Position numbers and translations under genes: made by a program. From the NCBI GenBank assembly GCA_963737905.1, contig CAVTUQ010000005.1:32001-96000 (forward strand): a stretch of 64,000 nt of DNA. Direction: 5' to 3'. Source of the stretch: an uncultured delta proteobacterium. GTDB lineage: Bacteria > Desulfobacterota > Binatia > UBA9968. Under the pieces are notes generated by a model. That model was not told the origin of the DNA, made no database searches, and was given only the letters and a program-made list of their open reading frames with translations. Shown here piece after piece: positions 21,358-31,121 of the stretch. Position 1 is the first letter of the stretch. Every line of letters begins with the position of its first letter.

Positions 21358-22347
21358 GTGAATTTCAGTCCTCATGCATTCTCCCTTCGGCAGCTTCAAT
21401 ACATTGTCGCGGTTGCCGATTTACTGAGTTTCAATCGCGCCGCCGATGAGTGTCACGTGTCTCAACCGTCGCTGAGCTTACAAATTGCTGAGATCGAGCG
21501 TGTATTGGCCATCACAATATTTGAGCGCGATCCTCACCGTGTTGCTTTGACCGCGGCGGGCAGGGAATTCGTCGAGAGTGCGCGTGCGGTATTGCACGCG
21601 GCCGACGCACTGGCGGAAACTGCCCGGCGTTGCATCGATCCGTTCTCCGGCACGCTACGCATCGGCGTCATTCCGACAATTTCGCCTTATTGGTTACCTG
21701 AGTTGACACCGGCCTTGCAGAAGGCCTATCCGCATCTGAAGGTGATCTGGTTGGAAGATAAGACTCATATACTTGTGCACGCCCTTCAATCAGGTGCTAT
21801 CGACGCGGCTCTGCTGGCGCTGGAAGCGGAAATCGGCGATGTCGAGCGCGAGGTGATCGCAAAAGACCCATTTGTCTTGGTGGCGCCGGCGGGAAATCCA
21901 CTCGTGGCGAAACGCACACCCGCCAAGGCTGCCGAATTGCGCGAAGCAACCGTGATGGTGCTCGAAGACGAACATTGCTTTGGCAAACAGGCTCTGGAGT
22001 TCTGTTTTCGTGCCAAAGCGCAAGACCATCAGTTCCGAGGAACGAGTCTCGCCACCATCATCAGCATGGTCGCGGGCGGTGTAGGAGTGACATTGTTGCC
22101 GACTCTCGCGGCGCGCAGCGAGGTACGAATTAATAATCTGCGTGTGCGCCGTTTCGCTGATCCCGAGGCGGTTCGGACCATCGGTCTGGTGTGGCGCAAG
22201 AAATCTTCACTTGCACCAGCCTTGCGCAAGTTGGCGACCAGCATGAGTCAAGCTTATCCAAAGATTCAAGAGTCCAATTTAAGGGGAAAATCAATAATTC
22301 CCGGGACAGTGTCAGCGGAAAGTAAAAAGCTGGTGATTGGCCACTGA
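21358..22347 (+). CDS. oxyR: Hydrogen peroxide-sensing LysR regulator OxyR
   Basis: LysR HTH (FNRAADECHVSQPSLS), GVIPTISPY, redox C-x8-C motif LEDEHCFGKQALEFC, and divergent from katG. Confidence 0.92.
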   Translation: MNFSPHAFSLRQLQYIVAVADLLSFNRAADECHVSQPSLSLQIAEIERVLAITIFERDPHRVALTAAGREFVESARAVLHAADALAETARRCIDPFSGTLRIGVIPTISPYWLPELTPALQKAYPHLKVIWLEDKTHILVHALQSGAIDAALLALEAEIGDVEREVIAKDPFVLVAPAGNPLVAKRTPAKAAELREATVMVLEDEHCFGKQALEFCFRAKAQDHQFRGTSLATIISMVAGGVGVTLLPTLAARSEVRINNLRVRRFADPEAVRTIGLVWRKKSSLAPALRKLATSMSQAYPKIQESNLRGKSIIPGTVSAESKKLVIGH

Positions 22348-22444
22348 GCCGCTTAGTGATTCGATTGCCTCTTGATAACGCGGATGGAGAGGGGACGAGA
22401 AAACTGTTTCCAGTTCGTTTAGTCAATGGAGCCTGAGGATCAAG

Positions 22445-22530
22445 TGGTGCCGGAGGAGGGACTTGAACCCTCACAGGGTTACCCCTACCGGATTTTGAGT
22501 CCGGCGCGTCTGCCATTCCACCACTCCGGC
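22445..22530 (-). tRNA. tRNA-Leu(CAA)
   Basis: Reverse complement gccggagtggtggaatggcagacgcgccggactCAAaatccgg...ggttcaagtccctcctccggcaCCA forms a cloverleaf with a long variable arm and encoded CCA. Confidence 0.95.
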
Positions 22531-22609
22531 ACGAGAGATATTATTAATAACGAAGCGTCGATTGGGATACAAGAGCGGCAGCAGATCTGCACGGAGATGA
22601 GCGGATCGT

Positions 22610-23973
22610 TTAGAAAAGTAATTTCCAGCACTCAGCTAGAGAGCTCACGCCGGCGAGCTTTGGATGCTTAATATGCGTGAGTTGGGAGCTGTTGCTCGCG
22701 GGAAGGATACAACGTTCGAAGCCTAGCTTTCCCGCTTCTTTGACACGGGCTTCAGCCTGCGAGATGCCGCGAATTTCTCCAGCCAGTCCCACTTCTCCGA
22801 AAAAAACAGTTCTCGGATCTATGTTTTTTTCCTTGTGACTTGAAGCGACCGCCGCGATGATCCCGAGGTCCACGGCGGGTTCATCGACGTGGACGCCGCC
22901 GGCGACGTTGACAAAGATATCTTGGTTGAAGAGCTTCGCGCCCATTTTTTTCTCCAAAACCGCCACCAGCAAAGCCACACGGTTATGATCCACGCCGATG
23001 GTCGTGCGTCGCGGCACGGCCAAGAATGAGTGGCTTACCAAGGCTTGCAGTTCCACCAAAATCGGCCGCGTTCCTTCCATGCTGCAAACGACGGCAGACC
23101 CTGGTACTTCCAGCGGTCGCTCCATCAGAAAGATCTCTGAAGGATTGGTGACCTCTTTGAGGCCGGCTTCCTTCATCTCGAAAACGCCGATCTCGTTGGT
23201 TGAGCCAAATCGATTTTTAACGGCTCTCAGGATTCGAAAGCTGTGGCCGCTCTCGCCCTCAAAGTAGAGGACGGTATCGACCATATGTTCGAGCACCCGC
23301 GGCCCGGCAATCGCGCCATCCTTGGTCACGTGGCCGATTAAAAACGTCGTCAAGCCGGTTTTTTTCGCGAGCACGATAATGGAACCGGAACTTTCGCGCA
23401 CCTGCGCGATGCTGCCGGGGGCGGACGGAAGAGTAGAAGTAAAGATCGTTTGAATCGAGTCGATGACGAGGACGCCAGGTTTGAGCTTCTTCACATGCTC
23501 GATGATTCGTTCCAGAGAGGTTTCGCTCAGAACGAGCAGGTTTGGCGCTGCAATGCCGAGCCGTTCCGCGCGCATCTTGATTTGTCGCTGAGATTCCTCG
23601 CCGGAAACATAGAGGCAAGTAAGACCCGTTTGACTGATGGCGGCGAAGGCTTGCAGGAGCAGGGTCGATTTGCCGATGCCGGGGTCGCCGCCTATGAGAA
23701 TGACGGAGCCTGCGACCAGCCCGCCGCCAAGAACTCTGTCGAACTCGCCGATGCCTGAAAGTACCCGACCTTCTTCGGCAATATCGATCTCATGGATCGA
23801 TGAAGGGGCTTCACTGGTGCCGAGACTCAGTTCGCCGCGCGGATGGGCGGCTCTTCTCGTACTTCTCTTCGGCAAAGGTATTCCATTGGTTGCAGTCCGG
23901 GCAGCTCCCCAGCCATTTGGGCGACTGATAACCGCAGCTCTGGCAGGCGTAGACGATTTTTGGCTTTAGCCAT
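22610..23973 (-). CDS. radA: DNA repair protein RadA/Sms (N-terminal frameshifts)
   Basis: Zn finger [18 protein letters not shown] in a shifted frame after MAKAK, then [15 protein letters not shown], and a Lon-like C domain. Confidence 0.93.
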
Positions 23974-24032
23974 CGGTCAGTATTTTATCAGGCCACAATA
24001 AGATTCTTAATTATTATTCATTGCTCCAGATT

Positions 24033-24584
24033 TCAGCCCAATTTCCTCTGGGGCATATTCCAACGGTTCACCAGTTTAGAGATTTGCTCGGTCGCGCCGC
24101 CTGGTTCGGCGTGAATGATAAGGATCTCGTCGGCCAATGCAGCGACGAGTTGGTTACGACGACGGGCAGATTTCGCGTCAGGCCGGCGCGGGCGCCCTTC
24201 GAATGGGGAAAGTACCAATAAACGACCAGAGTCCAAGGCTTGCCGCCATTCGACCGGGATCCGGATTTTGACCAGAGAGCGAGCCAGACAAATGATAATC
24301 GGCTGCTTCCCTCGCAGCAGAATCCGTAGGCATTCCTTCTCTACAGGAGAGTGAAAACCACTAATGACAGACACGCCTTCATCGCGCAGCTTTCGGGCAG
24401 TGTCGTATGCAGCGAGGATAGCGTCACCCGGGCAACGGACAGAGCAGAACAGCGCAGTCTTAAGTTGTGATAGCGAACCGAGGTTCCCCAGCGCGGCCAG
24501 TGTCTTTGGAGCATGATCGCCCAAGCGTTCGCGCAAACTTACGGGATAACCGACATCGGTAGATCTCAAAACCGTGGAGTCCAT
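24033..24584 (-). CDS. Short DprA/Smf (SLOG) family protein
   Basis: YPVSL...AP, ALFCSVRCPG, VISGFHSPVE, and RRNQLVAALADEILI. No wHTH tail. Confidence 0.75.
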   Translation of the reverse strand: MDSTVLRSTDVGYPVSLRERLGDHAPKTLAALGNLGSLSQLKTALFCSVRCPGDAILAAYDTARKLRDEGVSVISGFHSPVEKECLRILLRGKQPIIICLARSLVKIRIPVEWRQALDSGRLLVLSPFEGRPRRPDAKSARRRNQLVAALADEILIIHAEPGGATEQISKLVNRWNMPQRKLG

Positions 24585-24661
24585 CCATGATTGGCTAAGC
24601 GGGAATGGGTTGGATCTTCTTTAGTTCAGGGCCTTCGTAGTGGCCCTACAGCCTTTCCTGG

Positions 24662-24922
24662 TCACGCGGCGACGATATCGACACGGGCAGCGTAACCGAG
24701 TTTTCGCAGCAATTGCTCGCAGTCCTCCCACGTCAAACCGAAGGCGCGCACATCGGCAACTCCAAGTCGCGCTACCGCATCGGCTATGACATCTGCATCT
24801 TGCTCCGCGAAATCGCCCTCCCTCATCGCTTCTTCTGCCCAACTGACTAACTCCGCGAGAGAAATGTCATGGCGCAAGTACGCCGCGATCCTGTTTGCGA
24901 CCGTCTGCTTCGTGATAGTCAT
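24662..24922 (-). CDS. Small hypothetical protein
   Basis: 86-aa ORF overlapping the upstream stop by 4 nt (ATGA-type coupling). Confidence 0.65.
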   Translation of the reverse strand: MTITKQTVANRIAAYLRHDISLAELVSWAEEAMREGDFAEQDADVIADAVARLGVADVRAFGLTWEDCEQLLRKLGYAARVDIVAA

Positions 24923-25131
24923 TTGTAAGGTGTCAACTCGGCCTCAAAAGGTCGTTCCCTGCGAAACCGGCTTACTCCCAGGATACTGAAACCGATGACG
25001 TGCCCATCCTCGTCCACGCGTTCCATAAGCGCGTCATGGTTGGTCCCGCGCATGTAGCCCGGCGCGTCGCTGAATTGCACCTCTAGGAAATCTCCCTCGG
25101 GATCGAACCACACCTTTACTTTCTCGGCCAT
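24919..25131 (-). CDS. DUF2283-like putative antitoxin
   Basis: VKVWFDPEGDFLEVQF...VDEDGHVIGFSILG pattern, coupled to the upstream toxin-like gene. Confidence 0.75.
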   Translation of the reverse strand: MAEKVKVWFDPEGDFLEVQFSDAPGYMRGTNHDALMERVDEDGHVIGFSILGVSRFRRERPFEAELTPYK

Positions 25132-25427
25132 ACGGTTTCTCCGGCTTTGATAGTATCTGTCAAATACGCGGTTATCACAAAGGCATCATCCGTTGGGTAC
25201 TTTACCACGACACATAGCCATTTCCCACCTACATGTGTTCGTGCATAGAACTCATAGAATAGCTTTACGCTATCATCGGATCGCGATAGCCGCACCTCCG
25301 CAGGTGCTTGTACGACTCGCTCGATTTCGTTCTCCATCCCGGCCATCTCCACGTGCTGTAAAATGTGAGTTAGACGTTCGTCGGTGAGCCTCACGTCATG
25401 ACCGAAACAGTCGCGGATGATCTTCAT
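25116..25427 (-). CDS. Putative toxin, DUF4258/RelE-like (BECR) RNase fold
   Basis: VRLTDERLTHI...H, LCVVVKY...AFVITAY. Typical partner of DUF2283. Confidence 0.65.
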   Translation of the reverse strand: MKIIRDCFGHDVRLTDERLTHILQHVEMAGMENEIERVVQAPAEVRLSRSDDSVKLFYEFYARTHVGGKWLCVVVKYPTDDAFVITAYLTDTIKAGETVWPRK

Positions 25428-25602
25428 GGTTGCGTAATATATTCAGGAAAAGACTCGAGGCCCCTTCGGCCTCAGCGTCTACGTGCTTTAAGGTAACCCG
25501 CCCGCCAACCAAGACGTCCCAGCACATCCAACCAATAGCGCCTTCCGCCGCCCGGTAACTCTTCCCAGCTTCTAAATTTCCTTTCGTTCTGGACCCGACT
25601 GT

Positions 25603-25735
25603 TCATTCCTCTTCGTTCTCCGCTTCTCGCCCCATCCGGTACTTGATGTCGTAGTTGCCTGCCCTGAGCCGAGCCGAAGGGATAAAGTCCAACTATTTAT
25701 CCGTGAATTCGTAGTGCGCCGCCAGCACCGGTCGA
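25603..25735 (-). pseudogene. Degenerate second copy of a DNA methyltransferase 3' end
   Basis: Translates [16 protein letters not shown][PSARLRAG][17 protein letters not shown], homologous to 26939-27054. Confidence 0.8.
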
Positions 25736-25793
25736 GCATCTTAAAGGATTTTATCGCCATTTCCCCCCAATATCCCCATTTCCCAATTCTAGG

Positions 25794-26939
25794 TCATTGA
25801 TCGACCAACTCTCGTCGCTGCCGCTCCAGGAATCGTTGGAGGTCTTCCTTCGAGGGCAGCACGAGCTGGTACTTGGAGACAAAAAGACGGTTGTTCATCG
25901 CCGCCAGCGCATATTCCACCAGTGCATGGTCTTTCTGTGCACAGAGCAAGAGACCGAACGGCGGGTTGTCGCCCTTGACCATCATGTGTTTACGGCACCA
26001 AGTGACGTAGGTATTAAGCTGACCCAGGTGTTCGTGGCGGAACTCGTCCACCTTGAGGCTCGACGAGGACGTGGCACTTCAAGATGCGGTGGTAAAAGAC
26101 AAGATCCACAAAGCCGCGCGTCTTGCCGATGAGTATGCTTTTCTGTCGCGCCTCGAAGCAGAAACCGTGGCCTAGCTCCAGAAGAAACTCTGCAGATTGT
26201 CGAGAAGAGCATCCTCCAGCCGCGATATGCGCTCATCACCTCCTTCAGTTTAAGGCCGAGGAACTCGAAGACATAGGGATCGCGGATAGCGACGTTCGGT
26301 TCGGCTTGTTCGGCACCAGCCCGCATAGGGCCACGAGCTTCTTTTTGTCCCGTGACAGGCCCGATCGCTCGAAGTATAGGCTACCGATCTGGCGCTTCAA
26401 AACTGCGCACCGACCAGTTTCCACGAATGCACTCGATTTCATAAAAGGCCCGTTTGAGGGGATTCTCAATTTGAATCAGTTCGGCGAAGTGGCTAAACGA
26501 CAGCCTTGAGATCAGCATTTTACCGGGCGATCCGAAATCGGGAGACGGCGTCTCCCGAATCTTTCGCTGTGTGCGGCTAGGAACTGGATGGAGCGGGCGC
26601 ATTTCGGGAGTCAACGACTCCCGAATCTTGGGATAGACCAGATAAAAGCGGCGGTAACGCCGTAACTCGCGTTCCTCCACCCTGCTGAACGCCCTTCTCC
26701 CCGAGTGCCGCAGACAGATTTTCGAGCAACCGTTCACCATATTTCGCCCGGTCGGTGCCGTTTTGCTCGTAAACGACGATGTAGAAGCCGACCAGCCAGT
26801 TGCGCAGCGTAAGGCTCACGTTCACTGCTCGACTGGCAACGGCAGCGCTCCGCTCGCATACCTGCCGCACCGCGTCGACTAATCTAGTAAAGTCGAGCTT
26901 GCGCTTGAACGTGATAGATCGCGTCGTCTTACGCGGCAT
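25794..26939 (-). pseudogene. YhcG/DUF1016 PD-(D/E)xK nuclease-like gene, multiply frameshifted
   Basis: Fragments: NWLVGFYIVVYEQNGTDRAKYG, LSFSHF...RAFYEIEC...NWSVR, IRDPYVFEFLGL, and GQLNTY...DNPPFGLLLC...SKYQL. Confidence 0.8.
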
Positions 26940-27415
26940 CAGCTTTCCTCGTCAAGTTCCGCTTCCCGTCCCATCCTATACTTGATGTCGTAGTTGATGA
27001 TGAAGTCCAACTCCTCATCCGTGAATTCATAGTGTGCCGCAAGCACCCGGTCGATTTCGTCGATGATGTGCTTGGACAAGCTTGGCCGAAACTCTTGAAA
27101 TTTGCAGTCCTGCCGTTCACGGATGAACGAGTTCTTGTCATAATCCCGCATCAAGCGATCGAAGAGCTTTGGCATTTTTTTGAGATGTTGGCTCAGCGCG
27201 CTCAGAAGCTCATCCTGAGGGAGTTTCGCCATGCCGATTAAGAGGCGACAACAATGACCTTCCCCGCCCGGCCAAGGTTCAAGGTGAGAATCGATCTGCT
27301 TCCAGCCGCGGAGATTAAAATAGCCCACACAGAAGTCGGATCGAGTAGACAACTCCAGCGTCTCACGAAGAGCGGGTAGAAGCTGTTGGTCAATATTGTC
27401 GAAGATGCGGGGCAT
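26939..27415 (-). pseudogene. Chimeric remnant: N-terminus of a restriction-associated SNF2 helicase joined to a DNA methyltransferase C-terminus
   Basis: MPRIFDNI...[12 protein letters not shown]...CRLLIGM (PLD-like helicase start) followed by [36 protein letters not shown] (MTase tail). Only 158 aa. Confidence 0.7.
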
Positions 27416-27716
27416 GGTGCCTTAAAGCGAGAAGTGGCAGATTTCTTGCGCGATCATCTGCATCATTGCGAAGCCCTTCGACCGGGCTCAAGGCGAACGG
27501 AGTTTAGCATGCCCAATCGGCTTCCGGTCCACTCGAACCCCAAGAACAGAATTCATTGGCCGGATTAGTTTTCTCCTTGCCATGTGGATAGTGGACGGTT
27601 CTATGGATCTGAAATTTCAGCAATTCTACGTGACATGGGAGCGTTTTGAAAAGCGTACGATTAAGGCCTCAGTGGTTGCCTAATTGGCTCATCCCTGCAA
27701 TAAATTTACGTCGATT

Positions 27717-28900
27717 ATGAGTCCCGATTTCTTATCCGAGGAACTCGAAACACTTAAGAGGCGGGGCTTTATCGTAAACTCCGGCAGGTCGAAAACGACC
27801 AGGGGCCGACGCTGCTGCTGGATGGGCGAGAAGTGATTAATTTCTCTTCCAATAATTATCTTGGGCTTGGCGAACTCATCCGGCGCTACGGGAAGCGGCG
27901 AAGGAGGCGATCGATCGCTACGGTTGCGGTTCTGGGGCGTCGCGGCTGATTTCAGGGAATATGACCCTGCACGAAGAGCTGGAGAGCAAGATCGCGGAGC
28001 TCAAAGGAACGGAAGCCGCGCTGATATTTAATTCCGGCTTTCAGGCAAACACGGGAATCATTCCCGTTTTGGTGGGAGAAGGAGACGTGATTCTGAGCGA
28101 TGCGCTCAATCACGCCAGTATCATCGACGGTTGCCGCCTGTCGCGGGCCAAGATTGCGGTTTACGGTCACTGCGACACAGAACAACTTGAGCGACAGACT
28201 AAGAGATGCGGCACATCACAGCCGCAAGCTCATTGTTACCGAGTCGCTCTTCAGCATGGACGGTGATGAAGCGCCGCTCACGGATATTGTAAATCTGGCC
28301 GAGAAGTATGGCGCGATAGTCATGGTCGACGAGGCGCACGCAACGGGCGTGTACGAGCCCAACGGGGCGGGTTTGGTTACGAAATCGGGATTGGGCGATC
28401 GCGTGCTGATCCAAATGGGGACGTTGGGTAAGGCTCTCGGCGGCTTCGGTGCCTACGTCGCCGGCAGCGAAGCGTTGCGCGAGCTGTTGATCAACCGTTG
28501 CCGTAGTTTCATTTTTACAACGTCGTTACCCCCAGCAGTGATGGCCATGGGTATAGCCGCTATCGATCTCGTAAAGCGAGAACCCGAACGGCGGCAGGCT
28601 TTGTGGAAGAACTGTGAACAGCTTAGAACGGGACTAAAAGAACTCGGGTACTCACTTGGTGATAGCCAGAGCCAAATCTTGCCGCTAATGATCGGCGATG
28701 CGGCTCAATGCATGAAACTATCCGAAGATTTGCTGCAACGAGGAGTATTTGCCCAAGGAATTCGGCCCCCAACGGTTCCGCCGGGCACGTCTCGCTTGCG
28801 CATCACACTGATGGCGACGCATACACGCGAGCAGATCGACCAAGCCCTGAAAGTTTTCAAGGAAGTCGCGCGGGAGATGAGAGTCGAGGATCGAGGATAG
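27717..28900 (+). CDS. bioF: 8-amino-7-oxononanoate synthase (several frameshifts)
   Basis: [52 protein letters not shown], and IRPPTVP. Confidence 0.92.
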
Positions 28901-28939
28901 AGGATGGAAGATAGAAGAAGTATGAGGATGGAAGATCGA
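28884..28939. repeat. Heptamer tandem array at the bioF/bioA junction
   Basis: tcgagga-tcgagga-tagagga-tggaaga-tagaaga...; the bioF stop lies within the array. Confidence 0.85.
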
Positions 28940-28954
28940 TAACCTTGGGTCGCT

Positions 28955-30305
28955 GTGAACTACGAAGATCTCAAAAGGTTCGACCATACTTACCTTTGGC
29001 ATCCGTTCACGCAGATGCAAGAGTGGGTGGGTGAGGAGCCGTGCATCATCAGCCACGGCGAGGGCCATTATCTTGTCGATGTGCACGGCCGAAAGTACCT
29101 GGACGGCGTTTCGTCGCTTTGGTGCAATGTTCACGGACATCGAAAAAAAGAGCTGGACGATGCGATAAGGGCTCAGCTGGATCGCATTGCTCATTCCACT
29201 TTTCTGGGATTGAGTCACGTGCCTGGCATTCAGTTGGCGCAAAAGCTGATCGAGATTGCTCCGCAGGGTCTGCAACGGGTTTTTTACTCAGACAGTGGCG
29301 CCACCGCGGTCGAAATCGCACTCAAAATGGCAGTCCAATACTGGCAACTGAAGGGCCAGCCAAAACGCACGCGAGTTGCATCACTTGCCGAGTCCTATCA
29401 CGGCGATACGGTGGGCTCCATGAGCATGGGCTACTCGGAGACCTACCACCGTTTTCACAAGAGTCTCCTTTTCCCGGTAGTGCGCATAACGCCGCCCCAC
29501 GGGTTTCGGTACTTGAAGCGTTTGAGCGATGAAGAAGCGCTCAAGAGCGCGATCCGCGAGGCCGAAGAAAAACTCACGCAAGAAAAGGATTCGCTTGCGG
29601 CGCTGATCGTTGAGCCTTTGATGCAGGGAGCGGCCGGGATGTGGTCCCAGCCGCCGGGTTATGTCTGGGCGTTGCGGGAGATCTGCCGCAGGAATGGGAT
29701 TCTTTTTATTGCTGACGAAGTAGCCACCGGCTTTGGCCGGACGGGAAGGATGTTTGCCTGCGAGCATGAAGATGTCCGCCCCGATGTTCTTTGCTTGGGA
29801 AAGGGAATCACCGCTGGTTATCTACCGCTGGCTGCGACCCTCACGACCGAGGAGATCTTTTCCGTCTTTCTCGGGGAGTACAAGGAATTCAAGACATTCT
29901 TTCATGGTCACACCTACACGGGTAATCCGTTAGGATGCGCCGTCGCTCTCGCGAGCCTTGATTTGTTCAAGCAGGAAAATATCATCGGCCGGATGCAACC
30001 CAGGATCGACTATTTAAGGCACAGGCTGAAGCAGGATTTTCTACCCCTCGCACACGTGGCCGATGTCCGCCAGTGGGGTTTTATGGTCGGCATCGAGCTG
30101 GTGGAAGATAAGAACGAGCGTGGAAGCTATCCGCCGGAAAGAAGAACTGGGGCACAAGGTAATCCTGGAGGCACGCAAACGAGGCGTTATGATTCGGCCT
30201 CTGGGGGATGTGATCATCCTCATGCCGCCGCTGAGCATCGCCGATGAGGAACTTAAGACCCTTCTGGATGTCACTTACGATTGCATTCAGGCTGTGACGG
30301 AGGAT
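28955..30305 (+). CDS. bioA: Adenosylmethionine-8-amino-7-oxononanoate transaminase (frameshift near 30140; no stop before bioD)
   Basis: LWHPFTQM, SSLWCNVHGH, DSGATAVEIALK, YHGDT, ADEVATGFGRTG, and GKGITAGYLP. C-terminus IRPLGDVIILMPP is in the next frame. Confidence 0.92.
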
Positions 30306-30310
30306 GAGGG

Positions 30311-30373
30311 TCGAGAATCGAGGATCGAGGATAGAGGATGGATCGATCATCAATCCTCGATCTTCCATCCTCG
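30311..30373. repeat. Heptamer array plus inverted array (hairpin) at the bioA/bioD junction
   Basis: tcgagaa-tcgagga-tcgagga-tagagga ... tcatcaa-tcctcga-tcttcca-tcctcg. Confidence 0.85.
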
Positions 30374-30386
30374 GCAGTGGAAGAGC

Positions 30387-31121
30387 ATGGGTAGCGGAAT
30401 TTTCATCACCGGTACGGACACCGGTGTCGGCAAGACGTTTTTCGCCTGTGGTTTGGCTGCGCTGCTGAAAGAATCCGGCTACAAGGTCGGTGTGATGAAG
30501 CCTGCCGAGACCGGCTGCGATCAGGGTGAGGGCAAACTCGTGCCCCAAGACGCGTTGGCGCTCAAAGAAGCTTCACGTTGCCAGCTTTCATTAGAAACAA
30601 TCTGCCCTTACCAGTTTCGGGAACCTTTGGCGCCTAGTGTCGCCGCCGAGAGAGAAGGTGTCAAAATCGATATCGACCGTTTGATGAGCGTCTACGGTGA
30701 GATTAGCGCGGCTCACGACATTACGATAGTTGAAGGGGCCGGCGGGCTATTGGTGCCGTTGCTGCCGAGTTATACTTACGCCGACTTCGCAAAAGTCCTG
30801 AAACTTCCACTCATCGTCGTCGCTGCGAACAAGCTCGGTATGATCAACCACCTGCTTCTGACGTTAGAGTATGCAAGCCGCCAAGGGCTGAGTGTGCTGG
30901 GTTACGTGCTGAATCAAATCGGGAGCCCGCCATCGCTTGCTGCCGAGACGAACCGGGAGGCGTTGGTATGGCTGACCGGAGTTCCTTGCATAGGAGAGTT
31001 GCCGTACATTGAGGATTCGCAAAGTCAAAAGGCGCCACCATTGAATTTGATTGACGAGCAGCTCGATTTGCGGATCCTTGAAGCGGTTGTGAACCATAAG
31101 TTGGAGAAGTCACAGACATGA
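30387..31121 (+). CDS. bioD: Dethiobiotin synthase
   Basis: FITGTDTGVGKT, KPAETG, PLAP, VEGAGG, and LGMINH. Confidence 0.93.
   Translation: MGSGIFITGTDTGVGKTFFACGLAALLKESGYKVGVMKPAETGCDQGEGKLVPQDALALKEASRCQLSLETICPYQFREPLAPSVAAEREGVKIDIDRLMSVYGEISAAHDITIVEGAGGLLVPLLPSYTYADFAKVLKLPLIVVAANKLGMINHLLLTLEYASRQGLSVLGYVLNQIGSPPSLAAETNREALVWLTGVPCIGELPYIEDSQSQKAPPLNLIDEQLDLRILEAVVNHKLEKSQT

Noticed and set aside
22130-22671. ORFs 22130-22516 and 22426-22671
   Set aside because: They overlap the tRNA-Leu gene; these are spurious translations.
25603-27054. The two MTase-tail copies as a diversity-generating retroelement TR/VR pair
   Set aside because: Differences are mostly synonymous and not adenine-specific, and there is no reverse transcriptase in the window.
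27500-27716. BirA operator upstream of bioF
   Set aside because: No TGTAAAC-N-GTTTACA-like palindrome was found.
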